IMG/VR virus record: IMGVR_UViG_2974670102_000001
Location: 96,001 to 160,000 of that record
DNA from: a virus
Taxonomy: Duplodnaviria; Caudoviricetes
DNA: 64,000 nt
Strand: one strand, 5' to 3'
A model generated the notes under the pieces. The model had not been told where the DNA came from. It saw nothing but the letters and a program-made list of their open reading frames with translations, and ran no database searches. A program made the position numbers and the translations under genes. Shown here one piece after another: positions 1 to 9,230 of this stretch; the stretch's first letter is position 1, and each line of letters starts with the position of its first letter.

Positions 1-431
1 ACGGCCACGAAACCAAGGCCCGTGCTCTTGTCCTGCTTGTTCCAGTCGCGCTTGTCCAGCTTGTCGTTGTACGGGTAGTACAGGCGGTCACCGATACGCA
101 TGTCGCGCGCACGGCAGAACGCGAGGTCCGCGTTGCCCGGGAACGGGAGCAGTTCGCGACCACGGTTGGCTTGCGTCCGGATCACCACGAATTTGTGGTC
201 TTCGCTAACGCGGTACTTCGTGCCGTGTGCCTCGATTGCCACCAGCTTCGTGACGTTGCGAACCAGCGACGCCGTTGCAGGTGCCCAGATTTCGCGGCCG
301 TGATGGAAGACCGGGACCTCGAAGCCGTTCGGGTTGCGCGACAGCGACTCGATGCTCACCTGATGCGGTTCGGCACCAAGATCACCGTCATCCTGACGAC
401 GTACAGTGATCATGGTTTCCCCGACGAACGG
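1..431 (-). mobile_element. Intein (Hint domain), N-terminal part, inserted after TOPRIM DPDPDG; begins with Pro
   Basis: PFVGETMITV (block A-like), KLVAIEAHGTKYRVSEDHKFVV (block B-like), CRARDMRIGDRL. Confidence 0.8.
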
Positions 432-1997
432 GCCGTCCGGGTCCGGGTCGGCCAGACAGATGATCTTGCCGACTTGCAGCTTGGTCATCGGGTCTGCGGC
501 GTTCACGTCGTAGCCAATCGCGGCCAGAATGTTCAGAATTTCTTCTGATTCGAGAGCCTTTTCCGGTTGGCGCAAGGCGTTCAAAACCTTCCCACGCAGG
601 GGCAGAATAGCCTGATACGGGAAACGGGCTTCCCGTACCTTACCGGCCGCCGAATCCCCTTCCAGCAGGAACAGTTCGCGATGCTCGACCTTGGTCTTCA
701 GGTCGTACGACGCGTACTTGGCAGGCAGGCCCTGACGCTTGATCTTGTTCAGGTCCGTAGCCGCCTTTTTAGACATCACGAACTTGGTCTTGAGTTCGGA
801 GACTCGCGACGCACGATCCGCGATGCGTTGTGCCAGCGCCTTGTTCCCGTTGAAGAACTTGGTCGCGGCCTCCACGAGCATGGCCTCGAAGGGCTCACCC
901 GCCCGGTCGTCTGCAAGCTTCGCCTTGTCCTGCGACGTGAACGTTGCCTTCGACAGGTACATGTTGACGAGGCCGACCATGCCATCCTTCAGATCGGGCT
1001 CGCGGAACGCGGGGACTTCTTTGGCCTTGCCGTCGACCTTGATCTTCTTGGTCTTGATCCACGGCTTGAGTGCAGTGTACAGCGCACCCGACACAGCATC
1101 GACGTGCTTACCGCCGCTCGATTGGTGCAGGCCGTTCGTGTAGCCCTTGACCTGATAGCCTTCTGCGTTCGTGAACGCGACGATCACGTCCGCCAGCGCC
1201 GACTTGTATTCGAACATGTCGCGCTCGCCTTCGCACTTCAGTTCGGTCAGCGTCTTTTCGATGTACTCGACAGGGCCGCGCTTGCTGAAGAACTCCTTCA
1301 TGCCCTTCGCGTTGCCGATGGAGACGCGGAAGCCCGGCGTCAGATAGGCTGCGAGTTCAGCCCATTGCGTCGCGACCGATGACGGGAACGACTTGGCGCT
1401 GAACACCTTGTAGTTCGGGAGAACCTTGATCAGCGTGCCCTTCTCAGCCTTAGTGCCGTCCCACTTCTTGGGGGCGGACTTCAGCTTCGTGACTTCGGTA
1501 GCCAGATGGCCGTTCTTGAACGCGATGTAGTACCACGAACCTTCGAAGAAAGTCCACACTTCCATCGAATCGGACAGCGCGTTCGTGGCCTTGACGCCTA
1601 CGCCGTGCGTGCCGCGCGAGGCCGCGTATGCGGCATCCGCCTCGAACTTGCCGGACGTGTGCAGTTCCCCGAAGATGGCCTGCATCGTCGGCGTCTTGAT
1701 GGTGGTCTTCTTGCCGTTGATCACCATGCTGTGCGTCTTGATACCCTGCGGGATACCGTTCGCATCGTCGGACACCCAGAAGGTGCCGTTGTCCGCAAAC
1801 AGCGTGACGCTCGTGCCACGGCCCGCCAAATGCTCGTCGATTGCGTTGTCCAGCATTTCCCGGACGATGACCCAGAGCGCCGAGGCATCGGTGCCCCCGA
1901 TGTACATGCCGGGATTTTTTTGAATGTTTTCAGGAAAGCGCAGGGTGTTGATGTCTGCGCTATCGTATTTCTTGGACTGCTTCTTCACTTCAGCCAT
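1..1997 (-). CDS. gyrB: Type IIA DNA topoisomerase B subunit (GyrB/ParE-like), intein-containing; 3' end runs off the window
   Basis: Manual translation (missing from the ORF track because there is no stop in the window): MAEVKKQSKKYDSADINTLRFPENIQKNPGMYIGG..REMLDNAIDE (GHKL), HTSGKF, GTHGVGVKATNALS, TOPRIM EGDSA and LADPDPDG. Confidence 0.95.
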   Translation of the reverse strand, partial: MAEVKKQSKKYDSADINTLRFPENIQKNPGMYIGGTDASALWVIVREMLDNAIDEHLAGRGTSVTLFADNGTFWVSDDANGIPQGIKTHSMVINGKKTTIKTPTMQAIFGELHTSGKFEADAAYAASRGTHGVGVKATNALSDSMEVWTFFEGSWYYIAFKNGHLATEVTKLKSAPKKWDGTKAEKGTLIKVLPNYKVFSAKSFPSSVATQWAELAAYLTPGFRVSIGNAKGMKEFFSKRGPVEYIEKTLTELKCEGERDMFEYKSALADVIVAFTNAEGYQVKGYTNGLHQSSGGKHVDAVSGALYTALKPWIKTKKIKVDGKAKEVPAFREPDLKDGMVGLVNMYLSKATFTSQDKAKLADDRAGEPFEAMLVEAATKFFNGNKALAQRIADRASRVSELKTKFVMSKKAATDLNKIKRQGLPAKYASYDLKTKVEHRELFLLEGDSAAGKVREARFPYQAILPLRGKVLNALRQPEKALESEEILNILAAIGYDVNAADPMTKLQVGKIICLADPDPDGPFVGETMITVRRQDDGDLGAEPHQVSIESLSRNPNGFEVPVFHHGREIWAPATASLVRNVTKLVAIEAHGTKYRVSEDHKFVVIRTQANRGRELLPFPGNADLAFCRARDMRIGDRLYYPYNDKLDKRDWNKQDKSTGLGFVA

Positions 1998-1998
1998 T

Positions 1999-2790
1999 TC
2001 AGGCGTCTACCTCGAAGTTATTGGGGTTGAACTGCGGTACACGCATCAGTTGGCAAATGGCGGGAAGCACATTCGACACTTCTGCGTATCGAGCACGTGT
2101 CGAGAGCGTGGGAACGAATTCACCGCCCTGCTTGACGGCCACGTTCACATGCACATAGCCGTGCTCGTGCTCGAATTTCGGGTCCTGCCCCGGACGTGCG
2201 GGCAGCGTGCGGGAACGCTCGTTGAAATTGTCCATCTTGAAGGTGATGCGCATACCACCGAGCGTGAGCGCCGCAACTTCTTGATCTGATTCCGGTTTCT
2301 CGTTGAGCCCGATGACCGGAATCTTGGCCGGATCATGCCAGTACGTGACCTTGACCACAGCCTTACTGCGTGCTTCCGCGTACTCGAAAGTCATGCGGTA
2401 GCCCCAGCGATCAAAGAAGTCGAGCAGCGCGTCGTGCATGCGGTCGACCGAGGCACGTGCCTTCGTGAACGCCGGGTCCTTCATCGAGACCTCGAACTCC
2501 ATGTCGCGACTCCGGATCGTGCAGTCGCACGTATCGGCCTTCTTCTTCCACGTCGTTCCAACCTTTTCGAGGAACGGTTCGAGGATTTCAGTTCGGAACG
2601 AGAAGCCCACACCGCGAATGCCGTGAGGGTCCGTCACGAGCTTGATCGTGGGGAGGAAGTCCTCATGAAAGATAGTGAGCGGTATGCCGACCGCAGCCAG
2701 TACCTTGTACGATTCCGAATCTGCCGGAATCAACCACTGTTTGTTCTGGGCCAATCTGATTGTGATCGGCTCACCGTTCTCTACTGTCAC
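1999..2790 (-). CDS. Hypothetical protein
   Basis: 263-aa ORF abutting the gyrB start, overlaps upstream stop (ATGA-type coupling). Confidence 0.75.
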   Translation of the reverse strand: MTVENGEPITIRLAQNKQWLIPADSESYKVLAAVGIPLTIFHEDFLPTIKLVTDPHGIRGVGFSFRTEILEPFLEKVGTTWKKKADTCDCTIRSRDMEFEVSMKDPAFTKARASVDRMHDALLDFFDRWGYRMTFEYAEARSKAVVKVTYWHDPAKIPVIGLNEKPESDQEVAALTLGGMRITFKMDNFNERSRTLPARPGQDPKFEHEHGYVHVNVAVKQGGEFVPTLSTRARYAEVSNVLPAICQLMRVPQFNPNNFEVDA

Positions 2791-3098
2791 GCGGAAACCT
2801 CCTGTCGGGATTCTAGGGCAAAGTAAAAGCGCTCGCGGAACGCTTCGTCCTCTTGAGCAACTAGGGCCAGAATTTTGGCCTCGGCCTGAGCGTCACGCGC
2901 ATCGCGCGCAGCTAGTACCTGTCTCGCCATTCTATTCGCTTTACCAACGATTGTAAAGCGAATTTCACGTGCTGGACAATCTTCGTTGCCTTTGGAGAAG
3001 TGACAAGTCGAGTACGCTTTTGCCTCAGATGGGTCAAGATGCTTGCATGTTTTGCACTTGCGCGAATACAGTTGAAGGTATTCCAGTCTCTGTTCCAT
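2787..3098 (-). CDS. Hypothetical Cys-containing protein
   Basis: 103-aa ORF, CxxC..C..C, AAGGA RBS. Confidence 0.7.
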   Translation of the reverse strand: MEQRLEYLQLYSRKCKTCKHLDPSEAKAYSTCHFSKGNEDCPAREIRFTIVGKANRMARQVLAARDARDAQAEAKILALVAQEDEAFRERFYFALESRQEVSA

Positions 3099-3114
3099 TT
3101 TGGTCCTTAAACGG

Positions 3115-3147
3115 AAAATGGGTGGAGGGAACTAAATCCCACCACCC
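3115..3147 (-). terminator. Rho-independent terminator
   Basis: GGGTGG.GGGA/TCCC.CCACCC stem followed by a T-run on the minus strand. Confidence 0.6.
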
Positions 3148-3186
3148 GATCCTAGATCGGGTTACCCCGATCAGACGAACCGCCGA

Positions 3187-4014
3187 TTAGAACAGTTCTT
3201 CGTCTTCTTCGTCTTCGTCGTCTTCGTCTTCCGACTCGCCGTCGTCTTCGTCGTCTTCTTCGTCTTCGTCGTCACCATCTTCGGTGTCGTCTTCGTCGTC
3301 CTCGTCGTCTTCCGACTCGCCGTCGTCTTCGTCGTCTTCGTCTTCTTCCTCGTCTTCTTCGACGACCTTCTTGCCCTTGGCCGGGGCCTTCTTGCCCTTC
3401 TTCGGAGCCGGTTCGTCGTCTTCGTCGTCTTCGTCGTCTTCGTCTTCTTCCTCGTCCTCTTCTTCGTCTTCTTCTTCGACGACGGCGACCTTCTTGCCCT
3501 TGGCCGGTGCAGTGGCCTTCTTGCCCTTGGCCGGTGCCGGTGCTTCCTCTTCGTCGTCTTCGTCTTCTTCCTCGTCGTCACCTTCCGGTTCGACCGGGGC
3601 CGCTACCGGTGCCGGGGCCGCGAGGCCACCAGCGACCGACGACGATACGAATTCCGGACGCAGTGCGATCAGCGGGCCTGCTGCCGTCTTGTAGATCGTG
3701 ACGCCACGCTCTTCGTTGTAGTCCATGCCTTCGACGTTGCCGACGAATTCCATGGTCTCGTAGAAAATCGTGGTGCCGAGGCATGCGATGACCGACGCAC
3801 GCGGAATCACGAGACCGCCTTCAGCGTAGTACGCTGCGCTGTCCGGCTTCTTCGAGGCCACTGCCTTGTTCGTGACGCGAACGAAGACTTGACCTTGCGG
3901 TGCTGCTGCTTCGACTGCCAGCTTTTGGGCTTTTGCCTTCACTTCTGCGCCCTTTGCCTTCGTTGCTGCTGCCTTCGTGGTCTTTGCCGGTGCTGCCTTT
4001 GCTGCCTTTGCCAT
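3187..4014 (-). CDS. Low-complexity protein: Lys/Ala N-terminus, small core, acidic/basic block tail
   Basis: MAKAAKAAPAK..., tail with D/E runs alternating with PAPKKGKKAPAKGKK; start moved to ATG 4014 after AAGGA RBS. Confidence 0.85.
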   Translation of the reverse strand: MAKAAKAAPAKTTKAAATKAKGAEVKAKAQKLAVEAAAPQGQVFVRVTNKAVASKKPDSAAYYAEGGLVIPRASVIACLGTTIFYETMEFVGNVEGMDYNEERGVTIYKTAAGPLIALRPEFVSSSVAGGLAAPAPVAAPVEPEGDDEEEDEDDEEEAPAPAKGKKATAPAKGKKVAVVEEEDEEEDEEEDEDDEDDEDDEPAPKKGKKAPAKGKKVVEEDEEEDEDDEDDGESEDDEDDEDDTEDGDDEDEEDDEDDGESEDEDDEDEEDEELF

Positions 4015-4078
4015 GCTCTGTTTCCTTTCGGGTTGAATTATCGCGGCTTCACGTGATAGCCGCAATCTTGATACAACG

Positions 4079-4086
4079 TATTTACT
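4079..4086 (-). promoter_or_regulatory. AGTAAATA phage promoter-like motif
   Basis: One of 11 exact copies, oriented toward the downstream gene. Confidence 0.65.
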
Positions 4087-4177
4087 ACAACTTCCGAATC
4101 AGGGCTGGTGATACGACACTGATCAACAGCGCCGCATCGCGAATCCCAATCTATCCTGCGGATTTAGCGGGGAGCGG

Positions 4178-4207
4178 ACTCTACACTAAATCAGTGTTCT
4201 GTGTCAA
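4178..4207 (-). promoter_or_regulatory. Sigma70-like promoter
   Basis: TTGACA-18 nt-TAGAGT. Confidence 0.5.
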
Positions 4208-4214
4208 CGACTTT

Positions 4215-4862
4215 TTATTCGTCGTCGGTGTCGACCGCTCGGCCACGGCGCAGCTTCGGGGGAGCCTGCACGTTCTTGAACGCGGCAGGCAGGAAGCGGG
4301 ACGCACGCTTGAACATGCGGGTCACCGGATCGAGTTTCGTGAGTTCGACCGATTTCACGAGGCCGGACTTCATCGTCACTTCTTGGAAGACCTGCGCAAC
4401 GCGCGCCGTGATCGTGCCGTCTGCCGACTTCTTCGCGGCGCGAATCACGACCTTGAAGGTCTTGTCGGCCGGGAGACGCATGCTGCCCTTGATGCCTTCG
4501 GCACGCTCGCTCGCCTTGCCCGGGAACTTCTTGTCGTTCGTCGGCTTGAACGTGACGGCCGAGAGTCGCGACTGAATGCCGATGACGGTCGGCATGTCGT
4601 ACGACGCCATGTTTCGCTTCTTCTTGGCTTCAGCATCCGGGTTGTAGCGACCGATGTAGCGAGTTGCCACGATCTCGGAACCGAGAAGGCCGTCTGCTTC
4701 GGTCTTTACCACGACCTCCACGTAGTGTGGCGTGAAGTCTGCGGGGACGGGGAATGTGGGGAGCGGAGTGCGGGCCGGTCGAGTGCCGCCCGTGCCTTCA
4801 GCGACTTTCGTCGCACGCGTCGCCTGCGCTTTCGCAAGCGACTTCTTCTTCGTTGTTGCCAT
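4215..4862 (-). CDS. Basic hypothetical protein (possible nucleic-acid binding)
   Basis: MATTKKKSLAKAQ... K/R-rich; AAGGAAGGA RBS before ATG 4862. Confidence 0.75.
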   Translation of the reverse strand: MATTKKKSLAKAQATRATKVAEGTGGTRPARTPLPTFPVPADFTPHYVEVVVKTEADGLLGSEIVATRYIGRYNPDAEAKKKRNMASYDMPTVIGIQSRLSAVTFKPTNDKKFPGKASERAEGIKGSMRLPADKTFKVVIRAAKKSADGTITARVAQVFQEVTMKSGLVKSVELTKLDPVTRMFKRASRFLPAAFKNVQAPPKLRRGRAVDTDDE

Positions 4863-5544
4863 TGATCCTTCCTTTACGGATGTGGTTGAGTTCAGCTTGC
4901 AGCGTGACCACGAGTTCAGCAAGACGCCTAGACGCAAGGCTTTTCGCAACATCGCGTTTGCCTTGTTGAAGGAGTCGAGCGATAGCGAATTCCGGCGTCG
5001 CCTGCAATATCGAGGTCGATACCACGGGACGCTGAATTTCTTGCTCGGCCCATTCGATGCCGGGGCCCTGCATCCACGCCAGATCGTGCCCATGCTCCAG
5101 CATGAGCCGTGTTTCGAGCAGGAATGTGAGATCACGCAGCAGATACGCTGTCTTTACTAGCTGGAACAATTCTGCGTCCCCGCCGTGGTCCGGATGAACT
5201 AGGGTCCGGACTTTTCGATACGCATCTGCAACCAGTTCCGTCTCTGCGTTGTACAGTTGTTCGGTGCCGAAACTGATGTACCCGGCTGCGGTTACGGGTT
5301 CGTGCGCCTCACGCACTGGCATACCGCGAGTCGCAAGCCGTATTTCGCGCCGGAGCCGCACGACAGTATCGTGACGCTCGTCTTCTTCATACAGGCTATT
5401 TACGGCGCGGAGAACAGAGGCGTGGAGGCGGTAGTACCGCTCGCGCGCAACCTTGATCTGTGCGCGCAGCGCGTGAAATCGAGCAATAGCAGCTATGTCG
5501 ATTTTGTTCGGGATCGCGAGCGCGGTCCCCGTGGATTTTTCCAT
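4798..5544 (-). CDS. J-domain (DnaJ-like) protein
   Basis: AYRKVRTLVHPDHGGDAELFQLVKTAY with HPD motif. Confidence 0.8.
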   Translation of the reverse strand: MEKSTGTALAIPNKIDIAAIARFHALRAQIKVARERYYRLHASVLRAVNSLYEEDERHDTVVRLRREIRLATRGMPVREAHEPVTAAGYISFGTEQLYNAETELVADAYRKVRTLVHPDHGGDAELFQLVKTAYLLRDLTFLLETRLMLEHGHDLAWMQGPGIEWAEQEIQRPVVSTSILQATPEFAIARLLQQGKRDVAKSLASRRLAELVVTLQAELNHIRKGRINGNNEEEVACESAGDACDESR

Positions 5545-5562
5545 AGTCGATCCTAAAACTGC

Positions 5563-5570
5563 TATTTACT
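5563..5570 (-). promoter_or_regulatory. AGTAAATA motif
   Basis: Intergenic, upstream of the J-domain gene. Confidence 0.65.
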
Positions 5571-5578
5571 CGAAGCCG

Positions 5579-5857
5579 TTACTGCGGCTCTTGCTTGACC
5601 GAGGCACCCGGCATGTTGCTCGCGATCCAGTTCTGGGCCTCGATTGCGTTGTTGAACGTGCGGATCGCGTGGCGGCTCTTCACGACCTCACCGAATTCGT
5701 TCTGCGATTCGGCTTTCTTGTCGGTGTCGAGCAGAGGAATCCATTCCTTCTGGCCCGGATTGCGGATCATGACGATCCAGTGCGGCGCGCTGTACTGGAC
5801 AGCGGCTTCGATCACTTGAGCCTTACGGCCACCGACGATGCGTGAGAACAGGGACAT
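5579..5857 (-). CDS. Hypothetical protein
   Basis: MSLFSRIVGG..., GGAGG RBS. Confidence 0.7.
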   Translation of the reverse strand: MSLFSRIVGGRKAQVIEAAVQYSAPHWIVMIRNPGQKEWIPLLDTDKKAESQNEFGEVVKSRHAIRTFNNAIEAQNWIASNMPGASVKQEPQ

Positions 5858-5867
5858 GAAACCTCCT

Positions 5868-6122
5868 TCAGATGTAAAGTTCGTTGTCTGCGGACTTGCC
5901 AGCATAAACCTTATCGGTTTTGATGTCAAGCAACTCGATCAGGTCGATGTTCAGGTGGTCGGCAAGCGTAGCCACCACTTCGACGAGACGTTCGTACTTC
6001 TCTTCGATGCCGGGAGCACGGTACTGGTGATCCTTGGCGTTCAAATGCTCGTGGAGCACCTGTGCCGAGGACGAGAAAATCTCCACGCCGTCGTCATACA
6101 CATGCTTGTACGTATAGCTCAT
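5868..6122 (-). CDS. Hypothetical protein
   Basis: 84 aa, GGAGG RBS. Confidence 0.7.
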   Translation of the reverse strand: MSYTYKHVYDDGVEIFSSSAQVLHEHLNAKDHQYRAPGIEEKYERLVEVVATLADHLNIDLIELLDIKTDKVYAGKSADNELYI

Positions 6123-6131
6123 GCTTCCTCC

Positions 6132-6455
6132 TTAACGCTTGACGCGGAAAACAACGTCTTCAGCATCAGAGACCGCGCGCTCGCGTTCCCGACGCCAAAA
6201 TTCCGATTGCAGGGGTTGGTGTTCGTCATCGACCTCGACGTTTTGGGGCTCGGCGCGTGTTCGGACCACGGCACCCACGCCACCGCCAGCAAGAAACGCT
6301 GCCAGATTCGTGAGAAGGATCATGAGAACGAGAACCACCATCGAAAGCTGGCGCTGGGCCAGAGTGCCTTCGAGGGATACCATGTTCCAGACCTGTACGC
6401 CGACCGTCAGGATAGCGCCGATTACGTACGCAACCTTAAAGCGTTTCCAGTTCAT
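6132..6455 (-). CDS. Membrane protein (2 TM)
   Basis: MNWKRFKVAYVIGAILTV... two hydrophobic segments. Confidence 0.7.
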   Translation of the reverse strand: MNWKRFKVAYVIGAILTVGVQVWNMVSLEGTLAQRQLSMVVLVLMILLTNLAAFLAGGGVGAVVRTRAEPQNVEVDDEHQPLQSEFWRRERERAVSDAEDVVFRVKR

Positions 6456-7003
6456 TAGAACTCCTGCTCGCGTTCCAGCGGCAGCACCTTCCAGTCGTCG
6501 CTGTCGTTGGGGTTGACAGTGCCGCACATACTGTAGTCCTCGTGGTTGATCGGGGTACACACTTCACCGAACTCGCGCTTGAACACCGGGCGGTATTCCA
6601 GCGGCCGACGGCCTTCGCTCGGACCTTCCGTGTACACAAGGCTCTCGCCCTTGTACAGGAAGAAAAACTGGCCGTTGATCTCGACACCGAGTTCAGCGTT
6701 GCTGTTGACCACCCACTTTACGTCTTCGGCAGTGAGGCGGACAGGCGACAGGCGCGGGCGCAGTGCATCGACGACAGCGTTCACGACCTCGAAGCAGGCT
6801 TCACGGCCCAACTGGACGCGCGCGTTCAACGAGAGTTCAGGGAACGGGAGTTTCATGCCGTTGACGATGTGTGCCAACTCTTCGATTTCGGCCTCGGACA
6901 GGGTTTGACCGGGCGGTACGTCCAGATCGGTCAGCGCAGCCGCAACGTGCTCCAGTTGATAGCGTGCTTCGTTGATAATGGAGCGTGCTTCGTAGAGGTC
7001 CAT
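6455..7003 (-). CDS. Hypothetical protein
   Basis: 182 aa, AAGGAG RBS; VVNSNAELGVEINGQFFFLYKG. Confidence 0.75.
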   Translation of the reverse strand: MDLYEARSIINEARYQLEHVAAALTDLDVPPGQTLSEAEIEELAHIVNGMKLPFPELSLNARVQLGREACFEVVNAVVDALRPRLSPVRLTAEDVKWVVNSNAELGVEINGQFFFLYKGESLVYTEGPSEGRRPLEYRPVFKREFGEVCTPINHEDYSMCGTVNPNDSDDWKVLPLEREQEF

Positions 7004-7058
7004 ATGTTTCTCCTTGAATTTGTCAGTCCGAGTATTCTGCCGGATGCTTACTGCGTTG

Positions 7059-7286
7059 TCAACCGTTTTGTTCGATTTCCTCGCGGTGTGCTTCGGCCTG
7101 CACCTTCAACTTGGCCTGCACCTGATCTGCGTAGTGTTGCAGGTCTGCGTGCGACTGGAGAAGGCGCGTCAGCGCCGTAGCCAGCTTTTGTTCGCCATAG
7201 GTACACGTGCAGTCCGAAAGTTCGACGGCCACGGCGTTCAGGAACGACAGATCGTCGTTTTTCAGTACGGGGTACGGGTATTGCAT
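7059..7286 (-). CDS. Hypothetical coiled-coil protein
   Basis: MQYPYPVLK..., AAGGAG RBS. Confidence 0.6.
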   Translation of the reverse strand: MQYPYPVLKNDDLSFLNAVAVELSDCTCTYGEQKLATALTRLLQSHADLQHYADQVQAKLKVQAEAHREEIEQNG

Positions 7287-7297
7287 GTTTCTCTCCT

Positions 7298-7846
7298 TTA
7301 CGCGGGAAGGGTCCAGTCGTCGTTCATCATGCTCACGATAAGCGGGAAGCACTTGGTCTCGCGTCGGTGGCACGCGTTCTCCGCACCACAGCCATGATGG
7401 CACTTACCACCATCTTGGCAGTAACCGGCTTCGCGCAACGAGCCCTGCACGTTTGCGATGTACTGCTGCATTCTAGCAGACAGTCCAGTGTAACGCAGGG
7501 ACCGCAGTTGGCGGACCATACGATACGCCGCATCCGTGAGTTCAGTGCGATTCTCCAGAGGTTCCGATAGGTATTGGCATGTCGGGTCCTCGATGATGCG
7601 CGTCGTGATCTCGATCTCGTTTTCAAGTTCGGCAACACGGCGGCTGCTGAACGTGATGCGCCCGAACTTCCACGATTGGTACATGGCCTCGACCACGCGA
7701 TTCGTGAACGTCTCGCACTCGCTCTGTACGAATGCGATGTCGGGATGGGTCACGAGTTCGGGGATCGCGTCGATCAGGGCGTGCAGGACTGCTGGATCGT
7801 CTTCGATTTCTTGACGGAACTCTTCGCGGGTGTTCAGTTTCGTCAT
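7298..7846 (-). CDS. Hypothetical protein with Cys/His-rich C-terminus
   Basis: CQDGGKCHHGC....CHR...C. Confidence 0.7.
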   Translation of the reverse strand: MTKLNTREEFRQEIEDDPAVLHALIDAIPELVTHPDIAFVQSECETFTNRVVEAMYQSWKFGRITFSSRRVAELENEIEITTRIIEDPTCQYLSEPLENRTELTDAAYRMVRQLRSLRYTGLSARMQQYIANVQGSLREAGYCQDGGKCHHGCGAENACHRRETKCFPLIVSMMNDDWTLPA

Positions 7847-8235
7847 TGTGCGGCCCGGAACGATTCGAGAAGGATGCCGAACTCGCGGACGCGGCGGCGC
7901 GCATCTTCCGCGAACTCATCGCCCATGCGAAGACGTGCGACCGGCGTATCGAAAGCGCCAGTGAACGCGGCGAACGTGTCGTGCCACGTGGTGACCAGAT
8001 CGTCGAGCGTGATCGGTGCGACATCGAGGATACCGGCCTCTGCCTTAGCCTTGATCCACTCCGAGTTCAGGTACTCACGGCCCGGCCCGTAGGTGTCGCC
8101 GTCACGGAGTGACAGCATGTAGCCATCGGGACTCTTCTTGTCGAGATACGCTTCCATATGCGCGACGTACCGCGCCTCGAACTGTGCGCGCACCTCGTTG
8201 TAGCGCTCCTGATCCTCAGCCTTCAAATTCAGCAT
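7843..8235 (-). CDS. Hypothetical protein
   Basis: MLNLKAEDQERY..., coupled to neighbouring genes. Confidence 0.7.
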   Translation of the reverse strand: MLNLKAEDQERYNEVRAQFEARYVAHMEAYLDKKSPDGYMLSLRDGDTYGPGREYLNSEWIKAKAEAGILDVAPITLDDLVTTWHDTFAAFTGAFDTPVARLRMGDEFAEDARRRVREFGILLESFRAAQ

Positions 8236-8425
8236 CTTCAACTTCCTCCACTTCGTCAGTTTTGCGGAACCACGGGAGCGCGAACACGAGAAGCACGAAC
8301 GCGGCCCATGCGTATGGGGTGTACCACGGCCAGACCTCCGATTCAGTGTAGGCAAAAACGCCCGAGATCGAAAGCAGTCCGAGAAGCATAACCAAGATTT
8401 GCATTTCAGTCAAGACTTTCGTCAT
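8216..8425 (-). CDS. Small membrane protein (2 TM)
   Basis: Hydrophobic segments ILVMLLGLLSISGVF and WAAFVLLVFALPW. Confidence 0.6.
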   Translation of the reverse strand: MTKVLTEMQILVMLLGLLSISGVFAYTESEVWPWYTPYAWAAFVLLVFALPWFRKTDEVEEVEDAEFEG

Positions 8426-8753
8426 TTCGTGCATAGCGCACAACGACCTTCGTGCGTTTGAGAACCGGGACACGGCGTCGTGCCGCCCGGATCATGTCGC
8501 GCATGGCCGGAATATCGAGGTCATTCACGTCCTCCGGATCAGCCTCGTAATCGAACTCGACGACCTTCACATACCCTTCGGCGCTATCGAAGTGCGAGGT
8601 CTCGCCCCCGAGTTCGGCTTCGAGACGACGCGCGAAGATCGCGGATTGGGCCTCCAGTTCGGCCAGTTCCTGACGCATGTCCCGGATTTTGCGCTGGACC
8701 TTGTGAAGTTGATCCCCGAGTTCCTGAGCCCTCCTGCTGGTTGCGTGATTCAT
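8406..8753 (-). CDS. Hypothetical coiled-coil protein
   Basis: 115 aa, GGAGG RBS. Confidence 0.7.
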   Translation of the reverse strand: MNHATSRRAQELGDQLHKVQRKIRDMRQELAELEAQSAIFARRLEAELGGETSHFDSAEGYVKVVEFDYEADPEDVNDLDIPAMRDMIRAARRRVPVLKRTKVVVRYARNDESLD

Positions 8754-8827
8754 TTACTACCTCCGTTCATAAAGTTCGTGTGCACGCACTATAACACGCG
8801 TGCGCAAAAGAACGCAAGCACAAAATG

Positions 8828-8857
8828 AAAAACCCCGGAAACCTTTCGGGTCCGGGG
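8828..8857 (-). terminator. Rho-independent terminator
   Basis: CCCCGGA..GAAA..TCCGGGG followed by T5 on the minus strand. Confidence 0.75.
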
Positions 8858-8866
8858 GCTTGACCA

Positions 8867-9226
8867 TCAGACAAGGATGTTCATCTGGTGGTAGTTGATG
8901 CGGTCACGCAGGCGCGCGATCTCGTTCATGGCGTTGACGAGAGCGACTTCGACCGGAGACGGGTCGAGGCTGATGCCGTACGGAGCGGGGCTTGGCTCCG
9001 ATCCCACGCAGTTCTGCAACTCGGAGAATTCCGACTGCGGGAGATACGGTTCGAGCGTGTTCCGGAGTGTCGAAAGTGCAGAGTGCGTGCTGCTGATCTC
9101 GACTTCGAGATTGGCGAGCAGGTTGCCGAGTCGCGTGCTCTCCGCACCCGCATTCGACGTTGCTTTTGCGGTCGACATGGCTGTCGACGGCCCGGTTGAG
9201 CATTGCGCGTTCTGTAGTTTGTACAT
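8867..9226 (-). CDS. Hypothetical protein
   Basis: MYKLQNAQ...; start moved to ATG 9226. Confidence 0.65.
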   Translation of the reverse strand: MYKLQNAQCSTGPSTAMSTAKATSNAGAESTRLGNLLANLEVEISSTHSALSTLRNTLEPYLPQSEFSELQNCVGSEPSPAPYGISLDPSPVEVALVNAMNEIARLRDRINYHQMNILV

Positions 9227-9230
9227 TTGC

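Noticed and set aside
567-1382. Long plus-strand ORFs over 1-15 kb (e.g. 567..1382, 3900..4865, 14202..15266)
   Set aside because: Antisense shadows of real minus-strand genes, common at high GC3; no RBS or motifs.
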